Part shown: positions 1-9,074 of the stretch, piece after piece | Layout: each line of letters starts with the position of its first letter | How positions within the stretch are numbered: position 1 is the stretch's first letter | Virus record (IMG/VR): IMGVR_UViG_3300033066_002431 | Location: 12,579-76,578 of that record | DNA from: a virus | Taxonomy: Duplodnaviria > Caudoviricetes | Strand: one strand, 5' to 3' | DNA: 64,000 bases | Notes under the pieces: generated by a model | Databases searched by the model: none | Told to the model about the DNA's origin: nothing | Seen by the model: the letters and a program-made list of their open reading frames with translations, nothing else | Translations under genes and position numbers: made by a program

Positions 1-88
1 CGAGAACATCGGTGATGTCCGTGATCTCGCGAGCGTCCTCGCCGCGGACCAGAACGACCTCGACACCCGCGTTCGCTTCGAGGTCCAC

Positions 89-706
89 ATGTCGTGCGGC
101 GAGAAGCTCAACGGCGTGCGCATCGCAGCGAAGCGCGGTCGCCTCAGGTACGATCAGTGCGCCAACTGCCGGAGGCCGAGCGCGGTCTCTCCCTGTCGTG
201 GATGCACGATGAACGGCGTCCACCCGAGCTATGACGCGGCGGCGAACAAGAACAAGTTCGCCGAGCTTCACGACTTGCTCAAGAGCGGGAAGGTCGTGCT
301 CCGCGACGACTTCGTTGCCGATCTCGGCATGCCTTTGCCGAAGACCGTGCCGGTCCACAACGTGTCGCCCCCGTACAACGTGTGGAAGGACGCCATTCCC
401 AAGCAGGCCACCACGCTCCCTGCGGCCATCGCACAGGCCATCACGAACGCCCCTCCGGCGGTCGACGTTACCCGCTGGACGCGTGTGGTCAACGTGCTCG
501 CCGCCGACATCGTGGAGGACAAGAGCCCCCCGCAGCGCATCCCCATGACGCTCGCCGCCGTCACCGAGGCGATCGTCGCGTACGCCACGCTCCGCTTCGT
601 CCACAGGTACGACGCCAAGGAGGCGGCACGCCGCGCGACCGAGAAGGGGAACAGCTTCCCCCCGAAGAAGCTCGAACGGTTCTTCGCCGCCTACGAGGTT
701 GGGTGA
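89..706 (+). CDS. hypothetical protein with N-terminal CxxC...CxxC motif
   Basis: 205-aa ORF with GC-rich third positions; CANC...CRGC near the N-terminus; start uncertain. Confidence 0.55.
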   Translation: MSCGEKLNGVRIAAKRGRLRYDQCANCRRPSAVSPCRGCTMNGVHPSYDAAANKNKFAELHDLLKSGKVVLRDDFVADLGMPLPKTVPVHNVSPPYNVWKDAIPKQATTLPAAIAQAITNAPPAVDVTRWTRVVNVLAADIVEDKSPPQRIPMTLAAVTEAIVAYATLRFVHRYDAKEAARRATEKGNSFPPKKLERFFAAYEVG

Positions 707-751
707 CGCTCGTCGCCTGGTAACCGTCCCTCCTCGCCGCACCTTGGGGGC

Positions 752-1003
752 ATGCAGAAGCCCCCTCCCAACACCCTCACCTACTACCGTTCGCCCGCCT
801 TCGAGGACTACGTCCGCGCGGCTCGCCCGCGTGCGGCATGGCTCTTGGAACGCCTCGATTGGTGCGGCGACCTTGGTCTCCTCAACCTCGAAGCACTCTC
901 GACGGACGTCACGAAGTATCCAGGGGCTTATCCCACGGGGGCGCACGCCGAGATCATCTGGCTCACCAGTGAGTTCTCATGGGTGATCTGGCTTCGCCGA
1001 TGA
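752..1003 (+). CDS. small hypothetical protein
   Basis: 83-aa ORF with protein-like composition, directly before an AT-richer intergenic gap. Confidence 0.5.
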   Translation: MQKPPPNTLTYYRSPAFEDYVRAARPRAAWLLERLDWCGDLGLLNLEALSTDVTKYPGAYPTGAHAEIIWLTSEFSWVIWLRR

Positions 1004-1013
1004 GCGCCTCGCG

Positions 1014-1138
1014 TATCTGAACGGATAAGCGACAGTAGACGCGCGCCGCATAGTCAACTGGCAAATATGCGAAAAAGCTAGCAATTCCGACAACATGCGG
1101 CGCACAGGCGACAGCGATACGCTTTATCCGTTGAGATA
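1014..1138. repeat. imperfect 18-19 bp inverted repeat upstream of terL
   Basis: TATCTGAACGGATAAGCG (1014-1031) vs CGCTTTATCCGTTGAGATA (1120-1138; reverse complement TATCTCAACGGATAAAGCG): 1 mismatch, 1 indel. Confidence 0.7.
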
Positions 1139-1176
1139 GGCAGGTGAGACCGGCATCTTAGGTACGCTCCCGCTGG

Positions 1177-2958
1177 TTGAGCCGACCGCTCCCCGCGTTG
1201 CACCTGATGACTGCCAACCCGGCCCTCGCCGCGATCTCAGATCGTTTCGCCGCTCGGCGTACGGAGCGTCTTCGCAATCGCGACATGCAGCAAGAGGTGC
1301 AGACCATCTCCGCGGGCGCGTTCACGATGGAGCGCCTGATCTGCGATCCGCAGTTCGGCGACTTCCGGCAAATCTCCCCCGTGCAGCGCGCCATCGTGCG
1401 CGCCGCGGACGGCCTCCCGGTCGACCTCTCTCGCTGCGTCTCGGGCACGCACGAAGAGCGGATGAAGTTCCACTTCGGGTGTGCGGCGCTCCCGAACATC
1501 CGGCCTCGGATGATGGTCCTCGAGACCGGCGTCCGTGCGGGCAAGACGATGCTTGCTGCGGGGGGCATCGTTCGAAGCTCGCTCACCTGTCGCTTCCGCC
1601 GTCGCCCAGAAGGTGACGAGATCGCCGACGCAGACGGGCTCATCGGCGTGCGCCGCGGCGAGGTGGTGCGTACTCCCATCGTCGGCCCGACGCTCGACCA
1701 CTGCCGCAAGGCGTTCAGCGACGTCACGAACCTGATGATGCGCTCGCCGGTCCTCTCGGCGATGGTGCTGAAGCCGCTGATCAACAGCCTCTTGTTCCGG
1801 CGCCCCGACGGCTACGAGGTGCTGATCGAGAACGTCAGCACGGCGGCGGGCGGCGCGAACCTTCGCTCCACCTGGCTGGCCGGCGCCTTCTTCGATGAGG
1901 CCGACTTCCACGGTGCCGAAGACGCGGCCGAGAACCTCGAAGAACAGCTACAGGCGGTCCGGACCCGCATGCTCTCCGACGCCCAGATTTGGGTCGCGTC
2001 GTCGCCGTGGTCGGACAGTAGCCCCTTCCACACACTGCACTCGAAGGCGTTCGGCTTCCCCTCCGCGGACGTGCTCGCCTTCCACAGCGATTCGCGCAGC
2101 ATGAACCCGAGCTTGGACCGCCAGCTCGAAGCGGCCGAGCGCGAGAAGAATCCGACGAACGCCGCGCGCGAGTGGGACGCGATCCCGCTGCCCTCTGGCT
2201 CCTCTCGGTTCTTCCCCGAGGACTGCATCCTCAAGTGCGTCAACGCGAACCGGCCGGTCATCCTCCCGCCGACCGCAGCACGTCACTACGCGGGCGCGGA
2301 CTGGGGCTTCGAGAAGAACAGCAGCGCGCTCGGCATCGCACGGAATGAGTGGTGCGAGGGCACCCCTGCGCCGGCGGGATACAAGGCGCGCCTTGCGTAT
2401 CACGAGGAGCTTCTCCCCACGCGCGAAGAGTCGCTCCGCCCGAAGGTGGTCGTGCGCCAGTTCGCCACGATGGGGATGGCGTACGGGGTGAAGACCATCC
2501 GGGGCGACCACTACCTCGAAGGCATCCGCCTCACCGAGTTGAACGACTTCCGCGCCACCTTCCCCGACAGCCACGACAAGGGCCGCGTCCCTGGTCAAGA
2601 GGGCTGGGATCCGAACCGTGACGCGCAGACCGAGCTTTTTACCGAGCTTCGCCGTCGCATGCAGGATGGGCTCGTCGACCTCCCGAACGACATGCGGCTC
2701 CTGACGCAGCTTCGCGGGGTGACGAGCAAGCCTGTCCCGGGCGGCAGCGTGAAGATCGTCCTCCCGAACCAGGGCACCGCGCACGGGGACCTGATCATCG
2801 CCGTGGCCCTCGCGCTCGTCGCGGTGCCGCCTCTCGAGAGACCGGCACCCGAGCGTCGGCCAGCCCGTCGCGCGCCCGCGGCGAACCCCTACGGGGACTT
2901 CTGCGCAGACGACCGGGGCGGCACAGACGACCACGATAACTTCTTCCGGGGTGCATGA
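1177..2958 (+). CDS. terL: terminase large subunit
   Basis: Walker A GVRAGKT, Walker B AFFDEAD, RNase H-like nuclease motifs YAGADWG and HGDLIIAVALA; start uncertain (TTG 1177 or a later ATG). Confidence 0.9.
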   Translation: MSRPLPALHLMTANPALAAISDRFAARRTERLRNRDMQQEVQTISAGAFTMERLICDPQFGDFRQISPVQRAIVRAADGLPVDLSRCVSGTHEERMKFHFGCAALPNIRPRMMVLETGVRAGKTMLAAGGIVRSSLTCRFRRRPEGDEIADADGLIGVRRGEVVRTPIVGPTLDHCRKAFSDVTNLMMRSPVLSAMVLKPLINSLLFRRPDGYEVLIENVSTAAGGANLRSTWLAGAFFDEADFHGAEDAAENLEEQLQAVRTRMLSDAQIWVASSPWSDSSPFHTLHSKAFGFPSADVLAFHSDSRSMNPSLDRQLEAAEREKNPTNAAREWDAIPLPSGSSRFFPEDCILKCVNANRPVILPPTAARHYAGADWGFEKNSSALGIARNEWCEGTPAPAGYKARLAYHEELLPTREESLRPKVVVRQFATMGMAYGVKTIRGDHYLEGIRLTELNDFRATFPDSHDKGRVPGQEGWDPNRDAQTELFTELRRRMQDGLVDLPNDMRLLTQLRGVTSKPVPGGSVKIVLPNQGTAHGDLIIAVALALVAVPPLERPAPERRPARRAPAANPYGDFCADDRGGTDDHDNFFRGA

Positions 2959-4958
2959 TGGCCAGCAACATCCGAATCCCCACCCTGCGCGAGCTTGTGA
3001 CGCTCGGCTCCGAAGCGTGGGAAGCGGTGCGCGAGGCCTTCGTCACCATCAAGACGGAGATCGAGGCGCTCCAGGACGCGGGCGGTGGCGGCGGTGGCGC
3101 GGTCATCTACGGCTCGTCGGACCTTCTCCCCGCGGAGCCAACGGACGGCTTGCAGGCCTTCGTCACCACGCAGAAGGCGCTATACACGGCCATCAACGGC
3201 ACGTGGCAGCGCACGGCGACGGACACCGCGTGGGCCTCACAGGCGACGTGGTACCTCTCGAGTGAGGGCACCGCGGACGCCGCGGGCGGCGACAGCGGCC
3301 ACCCCGTCACGTACTCCGAGATGGTGGCACGCCTCGGGAGCACGCCTCTCGCCACGGGCGTCACCATCTACGTCCTCGACAGCCTCAACCTCGCCGACGC
3401 GACGTTCCTCGGGCAGAACGATCCAGACGGGACGCACTGGCTCTACTTCGAGGGTGTGCCGAGCGTCGTCGCGACGGGCACCATCGCCACGTCGACCGAC
3501 TGGGCACCGGCGACGAACACCGCCGCGGTGATCACGGGCTCCTCCTCGCTCGTGAGCCACGTCGGCAAGCTCGTGAGGATGACGAGCGGGACCAGCGCGG
3601 GCGCGCGCTTCTGGATCCTGAAGAACACCAGCGGCACCACCGTGCGGCTTTCACAGGTGATGGCAGGTCCGGACGCGCCCGAGACCACGACGCTCGCGCC
3701 GGGCGATGGCTACGAGGTGCTCTCCCTCCCCCACTTCGCCGACAAGGTGACGGTGACAGGCGGCCGAGACGTCGAGTTCGCGCTCCTCGGCATCGTCCCC
3801 ACCGGCGAGGCGCACGGGCTCTACGTCGCCGCCGGTTCGACCTCGCTCTTCGATGCCTGCTTGCTCGGCGGGCTCGACGTGGACAGCGGCGCCACGGTCA
3901 CGATGTACGGCACGCGCGTCGTGAACGGCATGCGCTGCTACGGCAAGTCGAACGTCATCGCCTACGGCTGCGTCGGCAACCCGAACCCGCGCATCGACGG
4001 CACGATGCGGCTCTACGATCACTGCGTCCAGGCGAACCAGATCGCCGTGGGGACGCAGGGCGCCGTCATTTGCGACGACGCGGCCCGCTTCATCGCCGCG
4101 TTCGACTGCCCCGGTGCGGGCGGCGTGGTGACGCTGGACGCGCGCTCGCTATTCCGCTGCGACGGCTACCTGATCGGCAGCGGCAACACGACGAGCCGAG
4201 CGCACATCCAGGTGTGCGATGGGGCGCTGTGCATGCTCGGGAATGCCCCTCTGCTCTCGGGCACGGGCCCCGAGCTCCAGGTGGGCGGCATCCTCGCCGG
4301 CACGGGCGGCCGGCTGCTCACGTACGCGGACATCCCGTGGACGCACCCGAGCGGCGCACGGATCTACCTCTCCGGAGCGGCCACCGAGCCGCGGCCCCGG
4401 CCGAACTACTTCGAGAGCTACCTCCCGACGTCCACCGAGCTTCTCGGAACGACGTCGAACACGACAAGCGTCCGCTCTCACACCCTCACGCTCGGTGGGG
4501 ACCACGCGCGCACCATCGCGCTCGTGCTGTCCGATACCGCGGGCTCCTTCGCGGGCCCCTGGACGGTCACCGGAACACGTAACGGCACGGCGCAATCGGA
4601 GAGCGTCAATGTCTCTCCCGATGGGGGCCAGACCGTGGAGACGGTCAAGACGTACGACCCTGGCACCGTCACCGTGTCGCGCCCCGCGCAGAACAACACC
4701 TTCGGGTCGTACACCATCAACGTCGGATCCGGATTCGGCCTCACGTTGAAGGCGTACGAGGGGGCGACCGGCGTGAGCTACGCGGGGCACGTGCTCTCCA
4801 TCACGACGGTGGGTCCGCTTCAGGTGCCGATCACCGCGGTGGCGTCGATCACCGGGCCGACCGCATCGCCGCCGTACGGGAAGTTCCAGCTCGCCACGGG
4901 ACAGCTCGACACCTTCACCGGCGATCCCTTCGAGGTCCTTTTCCTCGCCGTCGAGTGA
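2955..4958 (+). CDS. virion fibre/spike-like protein
   Basis: 667 aa, Gly/Thr/Ala-rich beta-type composition, poly-Gly hinge, LP..G..AFV...LY...GTW motif typical of fibre N-termini; ATGA-coupled to terL. Confidence 0.6.
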   Translation: MMASNIRIPTLRELVTLGSEAWEAVREAFVTIKTEIEALQDAGGGGGGAVIYGSSDLLPAEPTDGLQAFVTTQKALYTAINGTWQRTATDTAWASQATWYLSSEGTADAAGGDSGHPVTYSEMVARLGSTPLATGVTIYVLDSLNLADATFLGQNDPDGTHWLYFEGVPSVVATGTIATSTDWAPATNTAAVITGSSSLVSHVGKLVRMTSGTSAGARFWILKNTSGTTVRLSQVMAGPDAPETTTLAPGDGYEVLSLPHFADKVTVTGGRDVEFALLGIVPTGEAHGLYVAAGSTSLFDACLLGGLDVDSGATVTMYGTRVVNGMRCYGKSNVIAYGCVGNPNPRIDGTMRLYDHCVQANQIAVGTQGAVICDDAARFIAAFDCPGAGGVVTLDARSLFRCDGYLIGSGNTTSRAHIQVCDGALCMLGNAPLLSGTGPELQVGGILAGTGGRLLTYADIPWTHPSGARIYLSGAATEPRPRPNYFESYLPTSTELLGTTSNTTSVRSHTLTLGGDHARTIALVLSDTAGSFAGPWTVTGTRNGTAQSESVNVSPDGGQTVETVKTYDPGTVTVSRPAQNNTFGSYTINVGSGFGLTLKAYEGATGVSYAGHVLSITTVGPLQVPITAVASITGPTASPPYGKFQLATGQLDTFTGDPFEVLFLAVE

Positions 4959-4998
4959 CGGCTTCCTCACCACCTCTCTTCTTCCCCGGAGTCAGATC

Positions 4999-5940
4999 AT
5001 GCCCACTCAGTACGGTGACCTTCTCGCGCAGAAGATCGCGGCCATCATCCACATCCCCGTCGCGGCGGAGGCCAACATCGCCGACATCCCCGCGGACGAC
5101 CGCGTGAATGGGCAGACGGTCAAGGCCATCTCGGAGGGCACGTCGTGGACGTACGTCGCGGCCAGTTCGGCGAGCGGCTCGGCGACGTGCATCGTCCCCA
5201 CGGACGCGCCGAGCACGGGCCGCTGGCTGATCGATTTCTCGACCTTCGCCACGTCGGTGGCCGCGCTCGCCGCACAGGGCACTTACACCTGCCTCTCCGG
5301 CGATGCGGTCGGTGACTGGGTCTACATCTCGGCCGCGAGCGCCGTCGCCAAGGCGGACGCGGACGACGCGGCCAAGCTGCCCGTCATCGGCGTCATCGTG
5401 TCGAAGCCCACCACGACCTCGTGCGTCGTGCAGACGACCGGCCAGGTGACCCTCTCGGGCCTCACCGCGGGCGCCATCTACTACCTGTCGGGCACGGCCG
5501 GCGCGATCACCGCGACCCCCGTCACGGACAACGCGGTGCCGGTCGGCGTCGCCAAGAGCACCACCGTGCTCGTGCTGCTCAACAGCGCGTTCGGCGCGGG
5601 CGCCACCACGGTGCGCGGCAACCTGAACGTCGGCGGCACGGGCACTCTGAAGGTGGCCGGCGCCACGACCCTGTCGAGCACGCTCGACGTCACCGGCGCC
5701 ATCGTCGGTTCCAGCACGGGCCGGGTGACCGCGCTCGGCGTCGGCGTCGCGCCCCTGGCGACCGGCATCAAGAGCGCGGGCCCTGTCGTGATCCCGAGCT
5801 TCACCATCGCCACGCTGCCGAGCGCGAGCACGTACGCGCGGGGCCTCATTTGGATCTCGGACCAGAGCGGAGGGGCCACCTTCGCCATCTCCGACGGCAC
5901 CAACTGGAAGATCCTCACGCTCGGCGCGACGGCCTCCTGA
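4999..5940 (+). CDS. head decoration/fibre protein (DUF2190-like core, Mtd_N-like C-terminus)
   Basis: AVGDWVYISAASAVAKADAD...VIGVIV...GQVTLSGLTAGAIYYLS resembles capsid-cement domains; C-terminal TIATLPSA...GLIWISD..GG...SDGTNW. Confidence 0.6.
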   Translation: MPTQYGDLLAQKIAAIIHIPVAAEANIADIPADDRVNGQTVKAISEGTSWTYVAASSASGSATCIVPTDAPSTGRWLIDFSTFATSVAALAAQGTYTCLSGDAVGDWVYISAASAVAKADADDAAKLPVIGVIVSKPTTTSCVVQTTGQVTLSGLTAGAIYYLSGTAGAITATPVTDNAVPVGVAKSTTVLVLLNSAFGAGATTVRGNLNVGGTGTLKVAGATTLSSTLDVTGAIVGSSTGRVTALGVGVAPLATGIKSAGPVVIPSFTIATLPSASTYARGLIWISDQSGGATFAISDGTNWKILTLGATAS

Positions 5941-6404
5941 TGAGCCGGCCCGTCTCCCTCTTCACGAACGCGATCTCCGCCGTCCGCACCAAGACGAACG
6001 GCGGGAGCGCGGTCGCAGCCGACTCGGCCACGCTCTCCGATGCGAACTTCCCGTTGCTCGCTGACGCGACGACGGGCGGCACCATCGACTGCCGAGGCCT
6101 CTCCTCGCTGTGGGTGAGCGTCGAGTTCACCGGGGGGACAGGCCCGACGATCGACCTCGATCCGCTCATCCGTGACGAGGATGCTGCGGACGGCGCGCGG
6201 TGGAAGCGGCTCATGCCGGGGACGACTCCTGCGCTCTACCAGCCCACGCTCGACGGCACTGGATTCGTCGAGATCCGCTGTGACGGCGGCAAGGTGTTCC
6301 CGCGTATCAAGGCGGTCACCGGCTCCCCGACTGGCATCGTGATCCTCGCTCGCCCCGGCGCTGCCCTCAACACGGGCAAGGGCTTCACGTCCGGAACCAC
6401 CTGA
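5940..6404 (+). CDS. putative virion protein (beta-rich)
   Basis: ATG at 5940 overlaps the upstream TGA; 154 aa; its TGA overlaps the portal ATG. Confidence 0.6.
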   Translation: MSRPVSLFTNAISAVRTKTNGGSAVAADSATLSDANFPLLADATTGGTIDCRGLSSLWVSVEFTGGTGPTIDLDPLIRDEDAADGARWKRLMPGTTPALYQPTLDGTGFVEIRCDGGKVFPRIKAVTGSPTGIVILARPGAALNTGKGFTSGTT

Positions 6405-8032
6405 TGGCTCGCACCCCGAAGACGTCCACGCGCTCTGCGTCCGCATCCAAGGCGCAGAGCCGCGCGTCGAAGCCTTCGGGGCTCACCAAGGGCCCGGCCG
6501 AGAACGCGGGTGTCGACCGCAGGCCGCTCGCACAGCAGTACCTCTACACCGGCCCGCAGAACCCGGCCGGCGTCTCGTCGATCATTCGCCTCGCCGATAC
6601 CGGCTACATGTGGCGCCTGTGCGACCTCTTCGAGAAGTACCGGAACGAGGATAGCCACCTTCAGACGGTGGCCTCGCGCAGGGAGCGCGCTCTTGCGGAC
6701 GTCCCCTGGCAGATCATCCCCGCCTCCGAGAAGCGTCGCGACCTCAAGATCGCCGCGTGGCTCGAAGACGCCTTCAAGGCGATGGGGGACAAGAAAATCG
6801 GCGACGTCTCCACGCGAGGCTTGACCGACGCGATCACGCACCTCAACAGCGGCGTGATCTACGGCTACGGGATCGGCGAAGTCCCGTGGACGAAGGACGG
6901 GATCTACGTCAAGCCGGCGGGCTTTCTCCCCATGGGGGCGCGCCGCTTCGTCTACTCGCAGTTCGATGCCTCGCTCCGCTGGTACGACATGAACGGGGCG
7001 CTCACTGCCTACCCCGGCGTCGACCCCGTGAACGACTACCCGGAAGGGCGCTTCCTGGTTCACCGGCCCCGCATCAACGGCGCCATCGGGCCGCGCGAGG
7101 GTCTCATCCGCTGCCTGACGTGGGCCGCGATGTTCCGCCTGTGGACGGTCAAGGATTGGCACCGTGCGGGCGAGTTCTCGTGGAAGCCCTACCGGATCGG
7201 CTACTACAAGAAAGACGGCACGGTCGATGAGGACCGCACTGCCGTGGAAGAGGCCCTCCAATACCTCTCCACGAACGGCTTTGCGGCGCTCCCCGATACC
7301 GTCGAGATCGACATCCAGTTCGCCAAGAACCGCACGGCCGGCGATGGCGGCGTTCATGGTGGACTGGCCGCCTTCCTGGCGGGGGAGATGAGCAAGGTCA
7401 CGCTCGGCGCGACGCTCTCCGTCGAGCAGGGCCGGGTCGGCTCCAACGCCCTCGGCAACGTCCACAGGGACGTCGCGATGACGGTGCGGGACGCGGATGC
7501 CCGCGCGCTCGAAGACACCATCCAGCGCCAGCTCATCGCGCCGCTGGTCCGCTACAACTTCGGCGACGTCCCCATCCCGTCCTTCCGCTTCACCACGGAA
7601 GAGGGCGCGGACCTCGCCGCCCTCGCGAGCGCGCTTCAGAAGCTCGGACCGAGCCAGCAAGGAATGGGGCTCCACATCCCCGCGCGATGGGTCCGCACCA
7701 CCTTCGGGATTCCCGAGCCCGAGATCGGCGACGAGTTGATGGACGGCTCCGTGCGCCGCGACCCTGCCGAGGTGGCCGCCGAAGCCGCGCAGGCGAAGAA
7801 GGACATGGCCGCGCAGATGGCGGGGAAGGGCCCCCAGACGACGCCGGAAGCTCCCCAGCAAGGCGAGCCAGCCGGCAAGAAGACTCCCGCGGACGAGCCG
7901 GGCAACGACAACGGGCCTCCCGTGTCGGAGAAGGCCATCGAGCGCGCTTACCGCGCCTACGTGACGGACCGTGTTCTGACCATGGCTGGCTTCCGCAAGC
8001 GCAACTACGGCGCCTTCGAGAGGGCTGCGTGA
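6404..8032 (+). CDS. portal protein (DUF935 / Mu gp29 family)
   Basis: LFEKYRNEDSHLQTVASRRERALADVPW and EMSKVTLGATLS...GSNALGNVHRDV are typical DUF935 motifs. Confidence 0.9.
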   Translation: MARTPKTSTRSASASKAQSRASKPSGLTKGPAENAGVDRRPLAQQYLYTGPQNPAGVSSIIRLADTGYMWRLCDLFEKYRNEDSHLQTVASRRERALADVPWQIIPASEKRRDLKIAAWLEDAFKAMGDKKIGDVSTRGLTDAITHLNSGVIYGYGIGEVPWTKDGIYVKPAGFLPMGARRFVYSQFDASLRWYDMNGALTAYPGVDPVNDYPEGRFLVHRPRINGAIGPREGLIRCLTWAAMFRLWTVKDWHRAGEFSWKPYRIGYYKKDGTVDEDRTAVEEALQYLSTNGFAALPDTVEIDIQFAKNRTAGDGGVHGGLAAFLAGEMSKVTLGATLSVEQGRVGSNALGNVHRDVAMTVRDADARALEDTIQRQLIAPLVRYNFGDVPIPSFRFTTEEGADLAALASALQKLGPSQQGMGLHIPARWVRTTFGIPEPEIGDELMDGSVRRDPAEVAAEAAQAKKDMAAQMAGKGPQTTPEAPQQGEPAGKKTPADEPGNDNGPPVSEKAIERAYRAYVTDRVLTMAGFRKRNYGAFERAA

Positions 8033-8586
8033 AGGGCCTCCGACACCGCGACGGGCAGCCAGAGAGCACCCTGGAGCGCCACGGCCTCACCTTCGGTGTG
8101 GACCGTCACGACGGCACCGTGATGGACGGCACCGGTCCCGACGGCACCCCGTACCACGTCGTGCAGAAGGGCGATTACGGCTACGTGCGCGGCTTCATCG
8201 GCGAGGCCGACAGCGCGCCTCCCAACGGCGACGATGGCGAGGGTTGGGACGCGTATCTCGGCCCCCACGTCGCGAGCGAGCGCGTCTACGTGGTGACCCA
8301 GCGCAACGCGCTGAACGGCCACTACGACGAGCAGAAGGGCATGTTCGGCTTCACCGACGCGGCCGCTGCCGAAGAGCACTACCGCGCGCACACGCACCCC
8401 GCGATGTTCGGCCGGATCGGTGGGCTCGGGCTCGACGCCTTTCACGGCCAGCTTCGGGCGCATCGGGAGAGCGGCGCTCGCGTCTTCCGCGCGGAGACCG
8501 AAGAGGACGCCGCCGAGCTGGCCGATCTCGAGGCCATCGAAAAGGGCTTCACCGACGACGGCGACGACTCGCCGGATAGCGAGTGA
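8029..8586 (+). CDS. stand-alone phage inorganic-pyrophosphatase-like (InPase) domain protein
   Basis: GTG at 8029 overlaps the portal TGA; DYGYVRG...DGEGWDAYLGP...VYVVTQ...YDEQKGMFGF...AEEHY matches the phage InPase-type motif pattern. Confidence 0.7.
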   Translation: MKGLRHRDGQPESTLERHGLTFGVDRHDGTVMDGTGPDGTPYHVVQKGDYGYVRGFIGEADSAPPNGDDGEGWDAYLGPHVASERVYVVTQRNALNGHYDEQKGMFGFTDAAAAEEHYRAHTHPAMFGRIGGLGLDAFHGQLRAHRESGARVFRAETEEDAAELADLEAIEKGFTDDGDDSPDSE

Positions 8587-9074
8587 CCATGTTCCGATCC
8601 CCCTGCCCCCGTCCCGAGTCGATCCGCCTCGCCTTCTGTGAGGTGCTGAACGGGCTCGTCGCGAACGGGATGGCGCTCTACAACGCCGCCAACAAGGCGC
8701 ACTGGAACACGCGCGGCCCGCTCTTCGAGGAGCTTCACAAGCTCTTCGGCGAGGTGGTGAGCGGCGCGGCCGACTGGAACGACACCATCGCCGAACGCGT
8801 GGCCCGCCTCGGTGGCGTCGCCGTGGCCCTCTCGGAAGAGACGGCGCTCCTCGTGACGCTCCCCGCGTTCCCCGTGGGAGAGACGGACGGGCTGAAGCTC
8901 TGCGTCGCGCTGGCAGCCTGCGTGGACGCCTACAACGTCGCCCTCTACGAGGCGATCGACCGCGCCGACACGATGGGTCTGTGGGTCGACGTGAACGACC
9001 TCTCCGCCATCGCGAGCGACGTGGAGAAGCTCGGGTGGAAGCTCGCTGCGACTCTGGAGAAGGCGAGCGCGTGA
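8583..9074 (+). CDS. dps: Dps / ferritin-like protein
   Basis: AHWNTRGPLFEELHKLFGE...DTIAERVARLGG is the Dps signature (HWN..G..F..LH.LF...D.IAER...LGG). Confidence 0.85.
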   Translation: MTMFRSPCPRPESIRLAFCEVLNGLVANGMALYNAANKAHWNTRGPLFEELHKLFGEVVSGAADWNDTIAERVARLGGVAVALSEETALLVTLPAFPVGETDGLKLCVALAACVDAYNVALYEAIDRADTMGLWVDVNDLSAIASDVEKLGWKLAATLEKASA

